This document shows, piece by piece, positions 1 to 20,806 of a DNA stretch of 64,000 nucleotides (position 1 is its first letter; each line of letters begins with the position of its first letter). Location of the stretch: NCBI RefSeq assembly GCF_009914755.1, contig NC_060926.1; one strand, 5' to 3'. Source of the DNA: the human T2T-CHM13v2.0 reference genome, Homo sapiens. The notes below the pieces were generated by a model, which was not told the DNA's origin, searched no databases, and saw only the letters and a list, made by a program, of their open reading frames with translations. Made by a program: the position numbers and the translations under genes.

Positions 1-1289
1 GACCCTGTCCCAAAAAAAATCTCAAACAGTTTACCAAAATTTGCCATATTAAGCAAAATGACAAAGCTATTAAAACTTAAAATTACATATACTATGTAAT
101 TATAAGAAAACCATCCATAAAACATGCAAGACCTAAAATTACTTACAAAAAGAATGGACACATGGACAGTCTCAAAGAGTGATATATCGGGAAGTAATAG
201 CTCATGTTGAAATGGTTTGATGTGGTTTTCCTCCACTGGTCTCTCAACTTTCCATATTATTGCTACATTATTGCAGTAAGACTATAAATATATTTAACTG
301 ATTCTGCCTGGAGAGTTAATTGGACAGTAGTGAGGGAAAGTCCTACACTGACCTCAGCTATCCTGAATGAAGACAGGCTCACCTAAACGCACCATGCTAT
401 CAGATGGCCACAAGGCCAGTTCTAGATTTCTTTCCCCAAAAGATCAATCTTAACAGATACACAAAAATATAAAACCTTGAATTTACTTTTTTTCTATTCT
501 TTTCTTTAAATACTCTAAAAGTAGTATTTTTCTAAAAGCAAGTATATACGCACTAAAGGAAAGGAGGAAATCTGATTTGACAGCTATTGGCATGGCAAAA
601 AGACTAGAAGACTTCAAAAGCCACAACTTCAATATAAGCCAAGATGATGTAGCTAGGAAACAGCATGGTTCACGTGAAAAGGACATTAAGCTGAGAGACA
701 GAAGGCCCAGTTCTCAATCTAGATCAATCAGGGTGAATTTCATTTGCAGACCTTGATTTCTCATCTGCAAATTGATAGGATCGTGATGCTATCTCCCCTA
801 CCCATCTCATAAGACTTGGAAGGGAACAAAGATTATGACTGTAAAAGTGCATTAAAAATCATTTTTATCTTTTAAATCTGGCCATTATTATTATGAAGAC
901 ATTTATTTATAAATCTACAAAAAAAGGGTAACAGTGTGTGGAAGGATACATTCCAAACTGGTAAGTGGGTGTTTCTCCAGGAGTCTGAAATTGGGAGCCA
1001 TGCCTTTACCTATATCTGCATTGTTTGAATCTTTTAGGAACATCTATTCATCTATTACTTGGGGAATTTTAAAATTTTAATTTGTAAAAGCTAATGATAT
1101 CACGAATGTAAAGTGCAGAGTTCTCCACCTCTGGCTCATCTAAGAATCATCTAAAGGCTGTTAAAACTGTGGCTACCCAGGTCCCCTACAAATTCCCTGG
1201 GTGGAAGATAATAAAATAAGGCCAGGCTGCTTGTATTTTAACAAGGTCCCAAAGAGATTCCAGTGACTTGATTACTGCAACTACTACTA

Positions 1290-1515
1290 CATGGTTATTA
1301 ACTCCTACCATGTATTACCGACTTAACACATACCAGTCACTATCCTCAACACTTTACACGTATTATCTCATTTAATCCTGACAACAACCTATAGGTAGGT
1401 GCTACAATTAACACTGCCCTCCCCTCACCCTCATTTTACAGATGAAGACACTAAAATATTGAGATTATTTAACTGGCCTAAAATCACAGCACTTGTAAGT
1501 GGCAGAGCCAGAATG
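1290..1515 (-). mobile_element. MIR (other MIR remnants at ~700-860, 9790-10030, 10330-10500, 16870-17010, 22290-22445, 54290-54400, 58690-58830)
   Basis: MIR core CATTTTACAGATGAAGACACT...GTAAGTGGCAGAGCCAG. Confidence 0.75.
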
Positions 1516-1647
1516 CACAAGGAAATTTGAAAATCATTGGTTCAGTTTCCTAACCTAAGAAAACAGCTGTATATTCTGGTCAGGTCATATCTTCTGTTTT
1601 GTTTCAGACACTGCATTTAAAGGACATTAAAAAAAAAAAAAAACAAT

Positions 1648-4680
<3,033 letters not shown>

Positions 4681-6651
4681 ACCAGTAAACAAAATATAAC
4701 ACACTTAAATGACAAACTTCATGTTCTTCTGGCCAATCATTTCTCAACATCCCTGTCAAACTATTTTAAGGGTCTGAAATCTTGCTCTATAAAAAGCAAG
4801 TTCCCATCATCTGAACTACACTTAAAGAGATTCTATCCCACTAGTTACTTAAGCATAATACACCAGGCTTCAGAGTTTTACTTGCTATCAATTAAAAAAA
4901 AAGTTTACCTCTTTTACATAAATAAAGTGGAATCTGTGGGTTAATTCAAAAGCCTGACATACTAGGAGATCTGGGTTTTCCGTTCTAACACAAATTTATG
5001 GTGAAAACTTAGCAAAAGCCTTTTCTGTATTTGCCAATTCAGTTGTAACACAGAGATACAATATTTGACACCTCCACCACCAACAAAGTCTCCTCTAAGG
5101 AGTCCTGACTTTGGTTAACCTTACCTGGGAGAATTAAAAGCTATGGCTGAAAACTCCTTCATAAAAACTAAAACTTTAGAAGTCTAAAATGGTGTTACAA
5201 GGTAGCCCATAATAAACAATGAATTATAGAAACTGAGATTTCAGTAACAACTGCTAAAAAGGTGTATTACACAATTTAACAAGATAACCAGATCATCAAA
5301 ATTTAAATTTCTTAACAAATGTAAAAAATAAATAATATTCAATACTCTGAGGCACTGTGCTACTTTTTATCTATATGGTCGCAACATCAATGTTGCTATT
5401 CTCCCAATCCCTTGATGAGCAAACGGAGCCAATATCCAGGATCCCTCATATCGAGAGGTCAGTTACCGTCGTAAATAATCGTAGTAATAAAAACAATTTC
5501 TAATGCCAGAATTGAAAACGGACTGTGGCACCCAAATAGGGTCCAAGGTACATGGCGGCATGAAACTATTTCTCGCTTCTGACTCTTCTGCATCACGGTC
5601 TCCCAAAGGACTAGAGAATCTGAAGCTCTCATTGCCACATCTACAAATGAAAGTATCATGTTTAAAGAGCTCACAGGTTCTACGAATGGTCAGTATTTAA
5701 TGAACGCACCCCACTACACAGAAACTCACCCAGCTGCAAACTCAGCTGCAAACTCACCACAGCGTGCTTTCAGACTCCACATTAATTTTTTTTAATTTTA
5801 GAAGCAAACAACTATTTTAAAAATATTATGTAATAATTTAAACTCTGGAAAGCCCCATACTCATCCCAGCAGCTCGGAAAACGGAAAGCAAAATTCGATT
5901 AGCTCCATTGTACCTAGCCAGGCTAACGTGCAAGATCACACACTCATCTTCGTCAGAGCGTCTCTGCCAATACCAAAGAACAACAAAGGCAAGTTGAGAA
6001 GTCTGCACAGGCTTAACTCAGCACTTGTTCGCTTTCCCAGCTTCAGAAAGAAGCTCTTCGAAGGCCCCGGGAACCAAGGGGACCTTGTGCATCCCATCAA
6101 GCCGGCCGCTCCGCTCGGCGCCGCTCGCGCAGCTTTTGTCTGGCCCGGTTGGGAGCCCAGGACGGGAGCCCGGGCCGCCCGCCTCCCGGCACCCCTTCTC
6201 TCTGGATCTTTCTTCACACCCATCACTCGCCAATGACTAGTTGTTGTGGGTTTCTCTCCCTCGCCCCCTCCCTTCCTTTCAAACGCGCCCCGGGCTCGCT
6301 GGCTTCTCCCACCCGGCAGGGGAGACTCGGGTTAGGAAGGGGGCCCGGGTGGGGTCTGGAAAAGGGAAACAGAGAGGGGCACACAAAGCCCGACTGACCC
6401 CAGGGCCGATCCCCTCCCTCTGCAAAGCAGCCTGGGCTCAGCGACCTACTGGTTGGATAAACAACCCTCGCATCCCGCTCCTCGCCAGGCTCCCACCTCA
6501 GGGCCGCCCCATCCCCCCAAAGTGCACCCAAGAGCCGATGACAGCGCTGGACATCGCCCCCACCCAGACCCGGCGCCCGCCACTGCGCGGGAGGGGCCAG
6601 GGCCGCGAGAGGGCTCGGGTCTGACCCTCCGCCCCCTGACCGGGTACTTAC

Positions 6652-6820
6652 AGCCCTGTTTTTCGTTACTGTTGCCGCTGCGGACCAGAGAGCCGCCGCC
6701 TTCTCCTCCACCCCAATGAGGTTAAGCGCTTGGTGCGGGGATTAAAAAAAAAAAAAAAGAAAAAAAAAAAAAAGACCGAGAGAGCGAGAGAGACGCCGAG
6801 GGCGCCTGCGCAGTGCGGTC
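6652..6820 (-). other. CLASP1: Non-coding first exon (5'UTR) of a minus-strand gene, probably CLASP1; bases 1-6651 would be intron 1
   Basis: Minus strand reads ...AACAGGGCT|GTAAGT (donor at 6646-6651) just downstream of the promoter core, with no ATG in the exon. The gene name is from recall of the chr2q14 arrangement, not from a search. The TSS is approximate. Confidence 0.65.
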
Positions 6821-6929
6821 ACCCTTTTTCTTCTTACCGCCACCAACCCGGGTACACCATAGAGAGCGTAAACCGAGACCAGAGAGGCGGCTGCCTCTCT
6901 ATGGTAACGCCCCGCGCAGGCGCTGGCCT

Positions 6930-7191
6930 GGCCGTGTTAGGCTTCGCTGGCGTAAAGTCCCCGGGAGCTTTGCCCCTCACGGAGAACGTTAGTTGACCCT
7001 GATGGGGACCCGTAGGGTAAAGGTTTTGTTTTTGTTTTTTTTTACGGAAAAGGTTGTGGTTAGGCCCCTTGGAAAGTTGCGACAAAACTCGAGTTAGACA
7101 AGGAAGGTCGGAACTAAGTGGCCACAGCAACAATGCACCAGCAAGCAGGGAGCGTGATAGGAAGAGCTAAAGAGGAATCGGGAAACCCTGG
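6930..7191 (+). ncRNA. NIFK-AS1: Putative first exon of a divergent lncRNA (probably NIFK-AS1)
   Basis: Plus-strand side of a symmetric promoter, with candidate donors TAGG|GTAAAG (7017) and CTGG|GTAAAA (7192). Identity is inferred from the locus assignment and boundaries are uncertain. Confidence 0.4.
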
Positions 7192-7396
7192 GTAAAAGTC
7201 GTCCAAGTGGAACTTCCTTTGGTCGGGGGTCTGATACTCGAAGGAAACGGTCTTTCACTTCTGGGTTAGGGCGTCCGCCCAGAGGGCGACTGCAATGAAG
7301 GAAATTGTGCCCTGCGACTTCCCGTAACAGAGCTGTGTGTCCACGCTCCCTTTTCCGAGCAGGCGCGGACGCTTGTGCCGGAAGTAAACTTGTTAA

Positions 7397-7744
<348 letters not shown>

Positions 7745-8456
7745 TAGAGATGGGTTTCACCATGTTTCCCAGCCTTGTCTCAAACTCCTGACCTCAAGTG
7801 ATCCGCCGTCTTGGGTCTTCGAAAGTGCTGGGACAGCAGGAGTGAGCCACCGCATCTGGCCCGGAAAGTGTTTTGGAGCGTAGAAAAATGCAAATTATAG
7901 GGCTGCCTTCAAGGATCCCGAAGGACCCACAGATTTGCCGCATCAGGCTCCTATGCACGCCGGTAATTTGATGTGTTGAGATGCACTGCCCAGTGCGTTG
8001 TTTTTACTGGAGGAGCTTGTGTGCGGAGCTCCTTGCTAGTGTATGTGTTGGGATGGGAGAGAAGTGCGGGAGAACTATGAGATAATGCCCCCTGATCCTC
8101 AGGGTCTTAGGAGGTATGGTCGGAGAGGCTAAGCTAAAGTATGAAAGCCGTGTGTAGGCCCTTCTGTGTAGTGCAGAAAAGGTAGAGGTATGTGATTTGA
8201 AAGAGTAGGGATGACATGGAGGATGCGACTCCTGGTTGGATCTATAAACTAATGTCTTTGGAACGAAAGCACATGCAACCTTTTGAAAATGGATGGGTGA
8301 TAATGAAAGACCATTCCAGAGAAGAAACACCATGGTGCAAAGGCTCAAGAGGCATACTGGAAGTACAATGAAGAGAGCAATCTAACTGAAATGGGAAAAA
8401 AAGAAACAAAGAGTAAAAAGTAAGATTTGATGAGAAAGATGGAATCGATTTTTAAA

Positions 8457-8905
8457 TTTTTTTATCTACACAACAAAATTTATTATCTTAACCATTTTTG
8501 AGTGAATAATTCGTTAGTATTAAGTATATTTACCTCGTGCGGCCAGTCTCCAGAATTCTTTTCATCTTGCAAAACAAACCCCGAACCCATTAAACAATTT
8601 CTCATTCGCCATTTTCCAGCTAGCCTTGGTAACCTCCATTCTAGTTCTGTCTCTGTGAATTTGACTGTGTACCCCGTGTAAGTGGTATCATACAGTATTT
8701 GTATTTTTGTGACTGGCATATTTCACATAGCATAATCTCCTTGTGGTTTATCCATCTTGTAGCATGTGTCAGAATTTCCTTCCCTTTTAAGACTAAATAA
8801 TATTCCATTGTGTGTATATACCACTTGTGTTATTTCCACCTTTTGGTTATTGTGAATAATACTGCTTCAAACATGAGTGTACAGATAACTCTTCAAGATC
8901 CTTTT
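8457..8905 (-). mobile_element. Old L1M (L1MB-type) 3' fragment
   Basis: L1MB 3'UTR motifs (AATATTCCATTGTGTGTATATACCAC, CTCTGTGAATTTGACT). Confidence 0.8.
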
Positions 8906-9433
8906 AGGGTAATACAGAGATAGTAAGTTATCTTGATTGTTCACTGCCAGTTACAGACCAAACTCCTTGTTCTCCTTGTGCTCCACTTCTCAACCACTGC
9001 ACTTGGCTAGTCTTAAACAAAAAAAGAAAAACCCTAATTTTAATAGCTTGTGGGGACAGACGCAGTGGCTCACGCCTATAATCCCAACACTTTGGGAGGC
9101 CGAGGTGGGTGGATCACTTGAGGTCAAAAGTTCGAGACCAGCCTGGCCAATATGGTAAAACCCTGTCTCTACTAAAAATACAAAAATTAGCCGGGTACGG
9201 TGGCACACACCTGTAATCCCAGCCACTCAGGAGACTGAGGCAGGAGAAATGCTTGAACCCAGGAAGTGGAGGTTGTGGTGAACGGAAATTGCGCCGCCGC
9301 ACTCAAGCTGGGCGACAGCGAGACTCCGTCTCAAAAATTAGTATTAATAGAATGTGGGAGATTTTGAAACCAAGTATAGAAATTCATACTTTATATTGTT
9401 TAAGGTCCGTGACTAGGCATAGTAACATGATGA

Positions 9434-9736
<303 letters not shown>

Positions 9737-10649
9737 TAGAAAGATCTGTTTCAGAAAGCAACTCTGGCAGTGGAAGCTGAATACATACTCCATTTCTATA
9801 AAGCATTTATGGAGGCCTCTAGATGTGCCAGGCATTGTACTACTGCTTTATGTAAATTATTGATGGGTCCGCGAATCCATTAATATAAATGTGAGCCAGT
9901 TGTTGTGCACCCCAATTTACAGGCAAGAAAATCAAGGTTCTGAGTTGCAGATGGGCTGAGAAAAGGCTCACCAACCACATGTACGCACAAGAGATTAGGA
10001 AAGAAAACTGCCATTGGAGCCAGGCTCCAGTAAGCACTGAGTATTCATTGGTTTGGATGAGGATACTGAAAGAAAAAAATGACATGTAAGAGTGACTTTT
10101 CTCAGGAGAAAGAATAGGCTGACATCAAGAGTCTTTGCTGTCACATTAGTGGTATGTATAAGGGCACAACACAACAGAAGTACATTTTTCAAGGTTCGTA
10201 AAAGAACCCTGGGGTTTGCTTTTAGGTTTGTTTATTACCTTTAACAAATATAAAATGCCAGGTAAATATATCTTTGTATGTAGTAGAGAAATTAATAAGA
10301 CATACCCTTCCCTACTCAACATTTCATCTTTGATTTTATATTCTCAAAAATATTGTGAGGTCTTTTAAGGAAATGATCTCCTTTTGGCAGATGAGGAAAT
10401 TGAGGGCCAGAGAGGAAAAATTATCTTCCCAATGCCACATGCCTAATTGGTCTCAAAGCTTTGACTGGAACCTGAGCCTCCAGAATTGCTGCTATGCTTT
10501 CATCTCCCTTAGAGAGATAGATAACAGTAGTCAGAGTGAGTGGACAATTCTTCTATTCAGTCAGTCTGATCTTCCTCAGGGATGCATATCCAGACTCCCA
10601 TGCAGCTAGTGATAGTTAAACAAAGAGGCAGAGAATATAGTGCATTATA

Positions 10650-12260
10650 AATAGCATTCATACACTCAAAAATATTGTGTGCCGATACTGTGCCAAACAC
10701 TTAGCAAAGCAGGGAAAAATCCCTGTCCTCATAGCAGAGACTAAAAATATTAATAAGTAAAATATATACTAAGACAGGTAGGATAAGTGTTGGCAAGAAA
10801 AAGTGAAGCAGTGAGAGGGGAATAGGGTGAGCCGAGAGTAGGGAGGGAGGTTTTTGTTTATACCAGAGGCAGAGGAGCCCCACTGAGAAGGCAAACTGTA
10901 CAAAGATCTAAAGGAGGCAAAGGAACAAGAAATGTGCCTTGGGTGGACAGGGAACATTCTGGGTGGAATAACAAGTGCAGAAATCATTAAGGCAGAAAGA
11001 TGCCTACTACATTCTGAGAACAGAAAGCAGTCCAGAGTGATAGAAGCAGAGTACAGGAGGGTAAAAGTAGGAAATGAAGTCAGAGAGGTAAGAGGAATTC
11101 AAATTGGGCATGGACTTACAGGCCATTGTAAGGACTTTGGCTTTTTCTGAGGGAGATGGGAAGCCATCGTTGAGTAGAAAAATAGTGAAATTCTACTTAT
11201 ATATTTAAAGAATCACATTGACTTCTAGTTTGACACTAGATTATTGAGGAGCAAGGGGGACCACTTAGGAAGCTATTGTAATACTCCAGGTGAGAGATAA
11301 GTGGCATAGAAAAGGTGCAAGCAGTGGAGGGATGAGGTATCTGGATATATTCAGGGTGGCACACAGGATTTGATGACAATTTATATAGGATATGAGAAAA
11401 TGAAGGGAGTCCAAGGTGACTACGATTTTTGGCCTGAGCATTTTGAAGAATGGTGTTGTCATTTACTGAACTGGGAAAGATGGAGGAGCAGGTTGGGGAT
11501 GGGAAGAGATAAATTCCATTTTGGGCCAGGCAGGGTGGCTCACACCTGTAATCCCAGTACTTTGGGAGGCCAAGGCAGGCAGATCGCTTGAGCTCAGGAG
11601 TTCAAAACCAGCCTGGGTAACATGGTAAAACCCCATCTCTACAAAAATTAGCCAGGTATGGTGGCAGATGCCCATAGTCTCAGCTGCTTGGGAGGATCAC
11701 TTGAGCCCTGGAGGTGGAGGTTGCAGTGAGCCAAAATGGCACCACTGCACTCCAGCCTGGGTGACAGAATGAGACCCCGTCTCAAAAAGACAAACAAAAA
11801 TTCTGTTTTGGAGCTTAAATTTGAGATGCCTGTTAGAATGCCACATGAAAATATTAAGAAGAGAGTTAGATATGTAGGAGTCTGGAATTTAGAAATGTCC
11901 AGACTGGAGATGTAAATTTGGGAGAGAGCATGTAGAGAGTATTTGAAGCCATGAAATAATCTACATATAAAGTGTAGACAGATGTTTGAGAAAGGTATCT
12001 TAGGCACTGAAACAGGAGGAAACCAGGAAAAGAATCCCAGTTGAACTGGGTGGGGAGGATGGCTCAAGGAAGAACAACCATGTCAATTGCTGGGTTCTAA
12101 CTGGCCACTGCTTATGATAGTGGAGTAGTAAGGATAAAAGCCTGATTGGAATGGATTTAGAATAGTGGGAACGGAATTGGAGAGAGGGAGAATAGATAAT
12201 TTGGGTATGGAGTTGGTTGTAAGGATAGCGGGTAGAAAAGTGATAACTGCAAGGGGTCAA
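10650..12260 (-). mobile_element. L2 LINE fragment (with AluJ at 11524-11800)
   Basis: Purine-rich L2 motifs (GGCCATTGTAAGGACTTTGGCTTTT, GGAAGCTATTGTAATACTCCAGGTGAGAGAT). Confidence 0.8.
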
Positions 12261-12409
12261 GACAGTGGTTTTAAAATTACTTCACAAATTTTTTAGTATT
12301 TCTAAAAGAATTCTTTTTTTAATAAATATAACTTCAGACCGCTATTGTTCCTTTGTATCAACTACCCTGTTATTCAAATTAACCCAACTGTCTTATAAAA
12401 TTTTTTGCT

Positions 12410-15690
<3,281 letters not shown>

Positions 15691-15696
15691 CTATTT

Positions 15697-16340
<644 letters not shown>

Positions 16341-17700
16341 AGCAGCAAAACTATTTATACATCGATTATCAGGCACATAGTTTCCAATTTTATCTCTTTT
16401 CGTGAAGTTGGCAGTCATTGATGACCACTGCCTAGGTTCATTATTACAATTGAAATAGTTCAATAGAAGGCAGAGTATGGGCATCAATCAGTCCAGACTA
16501 TAAGAACTTTTGGGAGGTGACTTTTGATGATTATGAGTACTACATTCTATACTATTCTTAGAACCTTGGCATCAGGGCTGGGCGCAGTGGCTCAGGCCTG
16601 TAATCCCAGCACTTTGGGAGGCCCAGGCAGGCGGATCACCTGAGGTCAGGAGTTTGAGACCAGCATTACCAATATGGTGAAATCCTGTCTCTACTAAAAA
16701 TACAAAAATTAGACAGGCATGGTGGCTTGTGCCTGTAGTCCCAGCTACTCAGGAGGCTGAGACAGGAGAATTGCGTGGATCCGGGAGGTGGAGGTATCGT
16801 GCCACTGCACACCAGCCTGGGCAACAGAGCGAGACTCCATCTCAAAAATAAATAAATAAATAACCTCGGAGTCAGGAGATGGGATCTACTCCCAACTCTG
16901 CCACCAACTAGCTGAGCATCCTCTTTGGCACCTGTTTTCTTATCTGTAGAATGGGGGAATAAACTAATACAATGTCTAGGACTTTTGGCTATTCTAACAT
17001 TCTCTGACTAAACAAGTAGAGGACTTAATCTTTCCCAAAGATGATTTGGGTGAGTTAAAAAGGAACTGCTGACCTTGTGTTATTATTCCCATTTCATACC
17101 AAAAATGTTTATTTCAAAGCCAACATTTATCAGTCATTAAATCCAGTAAAGTATATAACAGAGTCCATTAAAAGTATTATGAGGCAAGGTATGGTGGCTC
17201 ACTTCTGTAACCCCAGCACTTTGGGAGACCGAGGCGGGCAGATTGCTTGAGTCCAGGAGTTCACGACCAGCCTGGCCCACATGGCAAGACCCCATCTCTA
17301 CAAAAAATACAAAATTTAGCCGGGCACAATGGTGCATGCCTGTAGTCCCAGCTACTTGGTGGGGCTGAGCTGGGAGGATCGCTTGAGCCCAGGAGGTCAA
17401 GGCTGCAGTGAGCCATGAGTGTGCCACTCCACTCTAGCCTGGATGACATAGTGAGACCCTGTCTCAAAACAAACAAACAAAAAAAGTGAAAAGTATCAGG
17501 AGAGCAGGAAGCCAAGGCCAAAAGCGTTGTTTTCTGGATTCTAGTTCTGGCTCTGCAGCTAATCAACATGCACTCTCAGTGTCCTGTCCATAGGGTAAAA
17601 GATTGCATGAGTAGCTCTAAAGGCCTGTAAGCTTTATGATTTTATGCCTATTCTTGATTTTTCTCACAGTTTTGAGGATGCTATTTTTGTTAATATCTTT

Positions 17701-17851
17701 TTTTTTATACTTTTAAGTTTTAGGATACATGTGCACAATGTGCAGGTTTGTTACATATGTATACATGTGCCATGTTGGTGTGCTGCACCCATTAACTCGT
17801 TATTTAACATTAGGTATATCTCCTAATGCTATCCCTCCCCCCTCCCCCACC
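17701..17851 (-). mobile_element. 5'-truncated young L1PA 3' end (~150 bp)
   Basis: TACATGTGCACAATGTGCAGGTTTGTTACATATG...; perfect TSD CTATTTTTGTTAATATCTTT at 17681-17700 and 17852-17871. Confidence 0.95.
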
Positions 17852-18081
17852 CTATTTTTGTTAATATCTTTAGCGCTACTTGTTTTTATCTGCATTCTGA
17901 TTATGCTTTACTCAGCAACTAACTGGCATAGGCCTGCCCCAGGTGTCAGTTCGTATAGCAAATTCAGCTTGAGCATAAAGAACTTTCTGGAAGCAAAGAC
18001 ACCAAAATATTAGCAATTTATTATTTCTAGGTGGTAAGATTATTGGTCATTTTAAAATTTACATTTGTATTCTTTATTTTA

Positions 18082-18422
<341 letters not shown>

Positions 18423-20638
18423 TTATTTTTAGTAGAGACAAGGTCTCGCTATGTTGCCCAGGCTGGTCTTGAACTCCTGGGATCAAGGGATCCTCTCACC
18501 TCAGCCTCCCAGAGTGCTGAGATTACAGATGTGAGCCACTTGGCTGGCACTTTTTTTTTTTTTTTTTTGAAATGGAGTCTCTCTTTCTTGTTGCCCGGGT
18601 TGGAGTGCAATGGCGTGATCTTGGCAACCTCCACTTCTCAGTTTCAAGCAGTTCTCCTGTCTCAGCCTCCCAATTAGCTGGGATTACAGGCGTGCACCAC
18701 CACGCCCAACTAAGGCATATTTTTATAATATTTTAAAAGTTATTCTTAAGGCATTTGATAGCATATTTTTGATTGCATGCCCCAGCAAAGAGGAATCACT
18801 AAACTTTAGGTCAGTAGATTTCTTTCTCTTCCTATAATTCAGTTTGGCAGCATCTTCCATTCTAAGTTAACCTAAATACTTTAGTAATAAAGACTTACAT
18901 GTATCTAATTAGATAGTCAGCTTTACTTAATCTTCTTAATCATCTAGATTAGATGTTAAGTGAAAAAATATTTTGTGCCTACAGAAATTAAGATTCGGAA
19001 AGAACAGTAGCACATACATGCTATCAACATCTGTGTCATAACTCATATGGAATCTGGATTTGCGCTACTTGGGGAACAGGTAGTGTCTGCTAGAGAAGTG
19101 GTGTGACAGAAACATGGGCAAAGGCAGGGTGTGTCTTTTGTAAATGATGAAAACAGAAGATTAAAAACAAGTTTGCTAAATCATGTTCATAACCACTCCC
19201 TGGAGAGCAATTACTCTGATTACTCGACTTACCTGGTAAGTACCACCCACTGTAGGAGAAAATACAGATGTTTGGTTCACTGTTATGGGTTTCCCCATGT
19301 GCAAAGGTGTTATGCTGCTGCTATGCTCGTCTTTAAACACTGTAGTAGCAGTTACTGAAGAATGGTAGAGTAAGGGGTGCCCTCACAGCTGTCAACTCAC
19401 TGTGTGATCCAGACGAGTAACGTAGCCTGGTCGCAAGCTCCAAGGTTACTTATCTTTAGTGGAGGGGATAGTTCTAGTTTCCAGTGTTATCACGACTAGT
19501 AAAATTGATATTATAAAATCCACTTCTCAGTAAGGAAGGCAGTTTGAAAGCGTTCTTGTTGTGAGAAGCATGACAAATACAGGCAGTTCTATGGACAGTG
19601 TTTATGTAAAACAAATTATTGAATAGCCATTTGAACATTAACTGTTGCCCAGTGTGTTATAATGTGTACCTGCTCAGGCATTTTGAAGACTCTTCTTACA
19701 CCTAGTGAGGACCAAGGGCAAATAGCAAAAAGTAACCTGACATAGAGTTTTAGTTTGGAGATTTTCTTTTGAATTGCCCTCAGGGAGATTTCTCAAGCAA
19801 CACTGGTCCATGCCAATTTGCAAATGGACTCTTGTGCCAGTGGCTCAATCAACCCATCCAAATGCAGAGAACCATTTGGAGGCATTCAAAACCAAATGAG
19901 GGGCAATTTTCTTTCATTTATATGCTGTCTGTTAACCTCTCTTTCACCAAAAATTAACCTGATTCTGGGTATGCATACCTGAAAAAACACAATTTTTACA
20001 CTCAAGGAAGTTTCATTTTTTCATAGGAAAAAATCAACTATTACTAAACTATACAGTTACTACAGTGATGGAGATGTGTGCAGGCTGCTGTAGGAACATA
20101 AAAGGGAGCGCCTAACAGGTGTGGGTGAGTCAAAGAGAGCTGGGGAGGAATGAAGGCAACATTCTTGAGCTAAACCAAATAAACAAAACATTGCAACTCA
20201 CAATTATGACCTATTTCAAACTCTTAGAACTACAGTAATGATTTAGACTAGTTCTCATTTGGACAGGGTTTATTTACTCTTACGGTTTCAAGCACCCCTT
20301 AATCTTTCCATTTTAACAAGGGTATATGGAGCTTCACAGATAATATCTCCAAAAATGGGCATATTTTGACTTGTAGACCATCACCTGCACACACACTTCA
20401 AGGTCACTTTCATACAGCAAAGTGAGGAAAGAGTTTATTAGCTAGATGAGAATGTGTAAATGAGGCCGGGTGTGGTGGCTCACGCCTGTAATCCCAGCAC
20501 TTCGGGAGGCTGAGATGGGTGGATCTCCTTTGGTCAGGAGTTAGAGACCAGCCGGGCCAACATGGTGAAACCCTGTCTCTACTAAAAATACAAAAATTAG
20601 CTGGCATGGTGGCGGGCGCCTGTAGTCCCAGCTACTCA

Positions 20639-20806
<168 letters not shown>

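Noticed and set aside
19227-19260. U1 snRNA copy (ACTTACCTGG)
   Set aside because: The match stops after 10 nt; the downstream U1 sequence (CAGGGGAGATACC...) is absent.
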